Positions 61,209 through 64,000 of a stretch of 64,000 bases of DNA are shown here, in pieces. The notes below the pieces were generated by a model. That model was not told the origin of the DNA, ran no database searches, and saw only the letters and a program-made list of their open reading frames with translations. This DNA is from an uncultured Gemmatimonadales bacterium. Lineage in GTDB: Bacteria; Gemmatimonadota; Gemmatimonadetes; Gemmatimonadales; Gemmatimonadaceae. Each line of letters starts with the position of its first letter. Position 1 is the first letter of the stretch. The stretch spans positions 448,001 to 512,000 of the forward strand of contig CAWBZV010000002.1 of the NCBI GenBank assembly GCA_963793305.1. The letters run 5' to 3'. Made by a program: the position numbers and the translations under genes.

Positions 61209-64000
61209 GGCAGCACCGTGATGACAGTCGTGCCCACCATGCCATCACTCGATGTCGCGGTGATCGTCACCGTCAAGCTATTGTTGGCTATCGCCGTCAA
61301 GGTGACTGGTGTCGTCGCAAGAACGGGTCCGGCGGTGCTGATCGTGACGCTCGTCGGGTCCGACGTAGCCCACGTGACCATTCGCTGGCTCGAGACATCG
61401 GTGCCGAACGAATCGATCAATTGCGCGGTCACGGTCGTGGTAGTCGGCTGAATGGATCCACTCACGCTCAAGATCGTCGTGCCCGGATTGACGTTCACCG
61501 TCTGGATGTGACCGAGGACGACAACGGTAGCGGTCCCGGTCGCGGTTCCCCCCGGTGGGCTCGTCGCGGTGATCGTAGCGGTACCTGCCGCGGTACCGGT
61601 CGGCGTGACAACTCCGGTCCCGCTCACGGTTGCGACCGCCGTGTTGTTGTTGGACCACGCAACCGGAACGCCGGCTGGCGTCGTCGTCGCCGTAAGATTG
61701 ACGGGTCCGGCGTTCGGCGATGTCGCGTAGATCGTATCCGGCGACGGCGTCACCGAAACGTTGGTCACCGTCGGATACACGACGTGTACGGTCGCCGTAC
61801 CATTTGCGCTGCCGCTCGTCGCCGTGATGGTGACCATGCCGGTATCCGGGCTCGCGGTCCCGGGTTGCACGAGACCGGTGGCCGACACCGTCGCGATCGT
61901 ATTGTCGCTCGACTTCCACGTGACCGTACGATTGAGAAGCGTATCGCCGGCCGCGTCTTTGACCGTGTCTCCCAACGGCAGGGACGAGTTGTTCGGCATG
62001 GTCGAGCTGGCCGGTACTATGATGACCGTCGCCGCCGGAACCTGATTGACGGTAACGGTGGCGCTCCCAGTCACGCCCTGCGCGGAAGCATAGACCGAGT
62101 CATTACCGGGACCGACGCCGCTCACATTGCCGTTCGCATCGACAGCCGCGATGGTACCGCCAGACTTCGTCGTCCACGTGAATACGACGCCCGAGATCGG
62201 GCCACCACTGACCGGGAAGGCTTGCGCGGTGACTTGCCGCGTGCTGTGTGTATTGATGGTGAATTGGTTCGGGGTCAGCTGGATGTGATTGATCGCCGTC
62301 GCCACGGTCACCTGCGCGCTGCCTTGGACGTTGTTCGACGACGTTGCCGTGATCGACACGGGGCCGCCGATCGCGACGCCGGTCACCGTCGCGGTGTCGA
62401 GCTGCGTCGTAGGATCGACGCCTCCGGCGCTGACGCTCGCGGTGCCGGTCCCGCCAGAGGACCATACGACGGTCCGTCCGGGCAAGACATTGCTATTGCC
62501 GTCCTTTGACGTCGCCGTCACGATCGTCGTGCCTCCGACCGCGATCGTTGACGATCCGATCGACACGTTCACGGTCGCGACCGTTGCCGGGACGACGAGC
62601 GTCGTGTTCGTATCCGCCTTGCCGCCGCTCGCGGCGATGATCTGCGCGGTGCCCGTCGCCACGCCTTGCACGAGCCCTGTGCTCGACACGATGGCGATGC
62701 CGGGGGTCGGCGAGCTCCACGTGACTGCCGGGTTCGTGATCGTATGCCCGTTCGCGTCGACGACCGTCGCGGTGAGTTGCTTCTGTGCGCCAATGCTAAC
62801 CGTGTCGTTCTGCGGCGAGATCGTCACCGAGCCGACCGGCACCTGATTGACGGTGACCTCGGCCAAGCCCTGACTGCCACCGCTCGTGGCCTTGATGACC
62901 GCCGTGCCGACGTTGACGGACGTCACGAGTCCCGTTGCGGAGACCGTGGCGACGCCGGTGTTCAACGATTGCCACGTCACCGTGCGGCCCGTGAGCGTGT
63001 TGCCGGCGGAATCCTTGAGGGTCGCTGTGAGTTGAACGGTGCCGCCGAGCGTGACCGTGTCAGTGGTCGGCGTCACCGTCACCGATGCGACAGGGACGAT
63101 CGCGACATTGATCGTCGCGGTTCCGGATTTCGTGCCGCTCGTGCCGGTAATCGTAGCCTGTCCCGATCCGATGGCCGTAACCGTCGCGGTCAACGGGCCG
63201 GTTGCCGTCACCGTCGCCACCCCGGTAGCACCGCTGGAAAACGTGACGGTGGATCCGGCGATCGGATTCCCCGAGTTGTCCGTGACTTCGGCGGTCAGGG
63301 TCTGTTGCTGCCCGACGAGCAGGTTCGACGACTGCGGTGAGATGACGACCGCGTTGATCGGCACTGCCTGCACGGTAAATGGGACCGAAGCGGTCGCGCT
63401 GCCACTCGTGGCCGTGATCGTATCGACGCCGACCTTGACGCCGGTCACCACGCCGTTCGCGTCAACGGTCGAGACGGCGGCATTCGACGACGACCAGGTG
63501 ATCACGCGGCCCGTGAGCACGTTGCCGACCGAGTCCTCGGTGGTCGCCGACAGCTGCGTCGAGTCGTGGACGATCACCGAGGGGCTCGACGGCGCGATCA
63601 GGATCTTCTTGACTGGGACGAGACTGACCGTCACGCTGCCGGTGCCGCTGGCCTTCCCGGAGGACGCGGTGATCGTCACGGTGCCGAGGGCTTTGGCGAG
63701 CACGAGGCCAGCCTGGTCGACGGGGGCGATCGTGGTGTCACTGCTCGACCACACCACCGTGCGGCCGGTGAGGACATTGCCGGACGCGTCCTTCGTGGTA
63801 TCGGTAAACTGGAACGCGTCGCCGACGCGCATCGTGACCGAGGATGGGGCGACGATGACCTTCGCGACCGGTACGGAGACGACGACGACCCGCGCCGGGT
63901 GCGTGGGAGAAACGCCCGCGGTGCTGGCGTCGATGTTGACGGCGCCGACGGCAACGCCCGTGACTTTGCCGCCCTGGGTGACCGTCGCGATCGTGGGGTC
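61205..64000 (-). CDS. Ig-like (Big_2) repeat protein, paralog of 57618-60056; 5' end outside the window
   Basis: Frame open to the window edge; colinear similarity to the downstream Ig gene. Confidence 0.9.
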   Translation of the reverse strand, partial: DPTIATVTQGGKVTGVAVGAVNIDASTAGVSPTHPARVVVVSVPVAKVIVAPSSVTMRVGDAFQFTDTTKDASGNVLTGRTVVWSSSDTTIAPVDQAGLVLAKALGTVTITASSGKASGTGSVTVSLVPVKKILIAPSSPSVIVHDSTQLSATTEDSVGNVLTGRVITWSSSNAAVSTVDANGVVTGVKVGVDTITATSGSATASVPFTVQAVPINAVVISPQSSNLLVGQQQTLTAEVTDNSGNPIAGSTVTFSSGATGVATVTATGPLTATVTAIGSGQATITGTSGTKSGTATINVAIVPVASVTVTPTTDTVTLGGTVQLTATLKDSAGNTLTGRTVTWQSLNTGVATVSATGLVTSVNVGTAVIKATSGGSQGLAEVTVNQVPVGSVTISPQNDTVSIGAQKQLTATVVDANGHTITNPAVTWSSPTPGIAIVSSTGLVQGVATGTAQIIAASGGKADTNTTLVVPATVATVNVSIGSSTIAVGGTTIVTATSKDGNSNVLPGRTVVWSSGGTGTASVSAGGVDPTTQLDTATVTGVAIGGPVSITATSSNNVQGSAQVTVATAINHIQLTPNQFTINTHSTRQVTAQAFPVSGGPISGVVFTWTTKSGGTIAAVDANGNVSGVGPGNDSVYASAQGVTGSATVTVNQVPAATVIIVPASSTMPNNSSLPLGDTVKDAAGDTLLNRTVTWKSSDNTIATVSATGLVQPGTASPDTGMVTITATSGSANGTATVHVVYPTVTNVSVTPSPDTIYATSPNAGPVNLTATTTPAGVPVAWSNNNTAVATVSGTGVVTPTGTAAGTATITATSPPGGTATGTATVVVLGHIQTVNVNPGTTILSVSGSIQPTTTTVTAQLIDSFGTDVSSQRMVTWATSDPTSVTISTAGPVLATTPVTLTAIANNSLTVTITATSSDGMVGTTVITVLP

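Overview
GC-rich bacterial DNA. The gene repertoire (several Hanks-type Ser/Thr kinases including a kinase-TolB-TPR protein, a duplicated-domain ABC permease, tandem Ig-repeat lipoproteins) suggests Gemmatimonadota; this is inference, not a database result. The main feature is an accessory island (~14.4-33.8 kb) downstream of an intact tRNA-Ile(GAT) at 33800-33873 (-). It is built from tandem cassettes with no intact integrase. Each cassette is bounded by a copy of the tRNA-Ile 3' half, 12-bp-spaced arm-like direct repeats and a terminator hairpin, and two cassettes keep only the C-terminal tail of a tyrosine integrase. Two cassettes also carry an identical 162-bp tRNA-Pro(GGG)-derived end, followed by defence-type cargo (a TIR-like protein or a PD-(D/E)XK nuclease plus DUF2971-like gene, a BrnTA or ParDE-type TA pair, a HEPN-motif gene). 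A third cassette carries a P-loop ATPase operon and a second TIR-like gene. The rest of the window is ordinary: signalling, a heavy-metal RND efflux operon, and an APC/PP2C/kinase/glutamine synthetase locus. Eight +1 frameshifts in seven genes all map to GAAYG, which is most likely a motif-specific sequencing artefact. All product calls come from motif recognition by eye; no searches were run.
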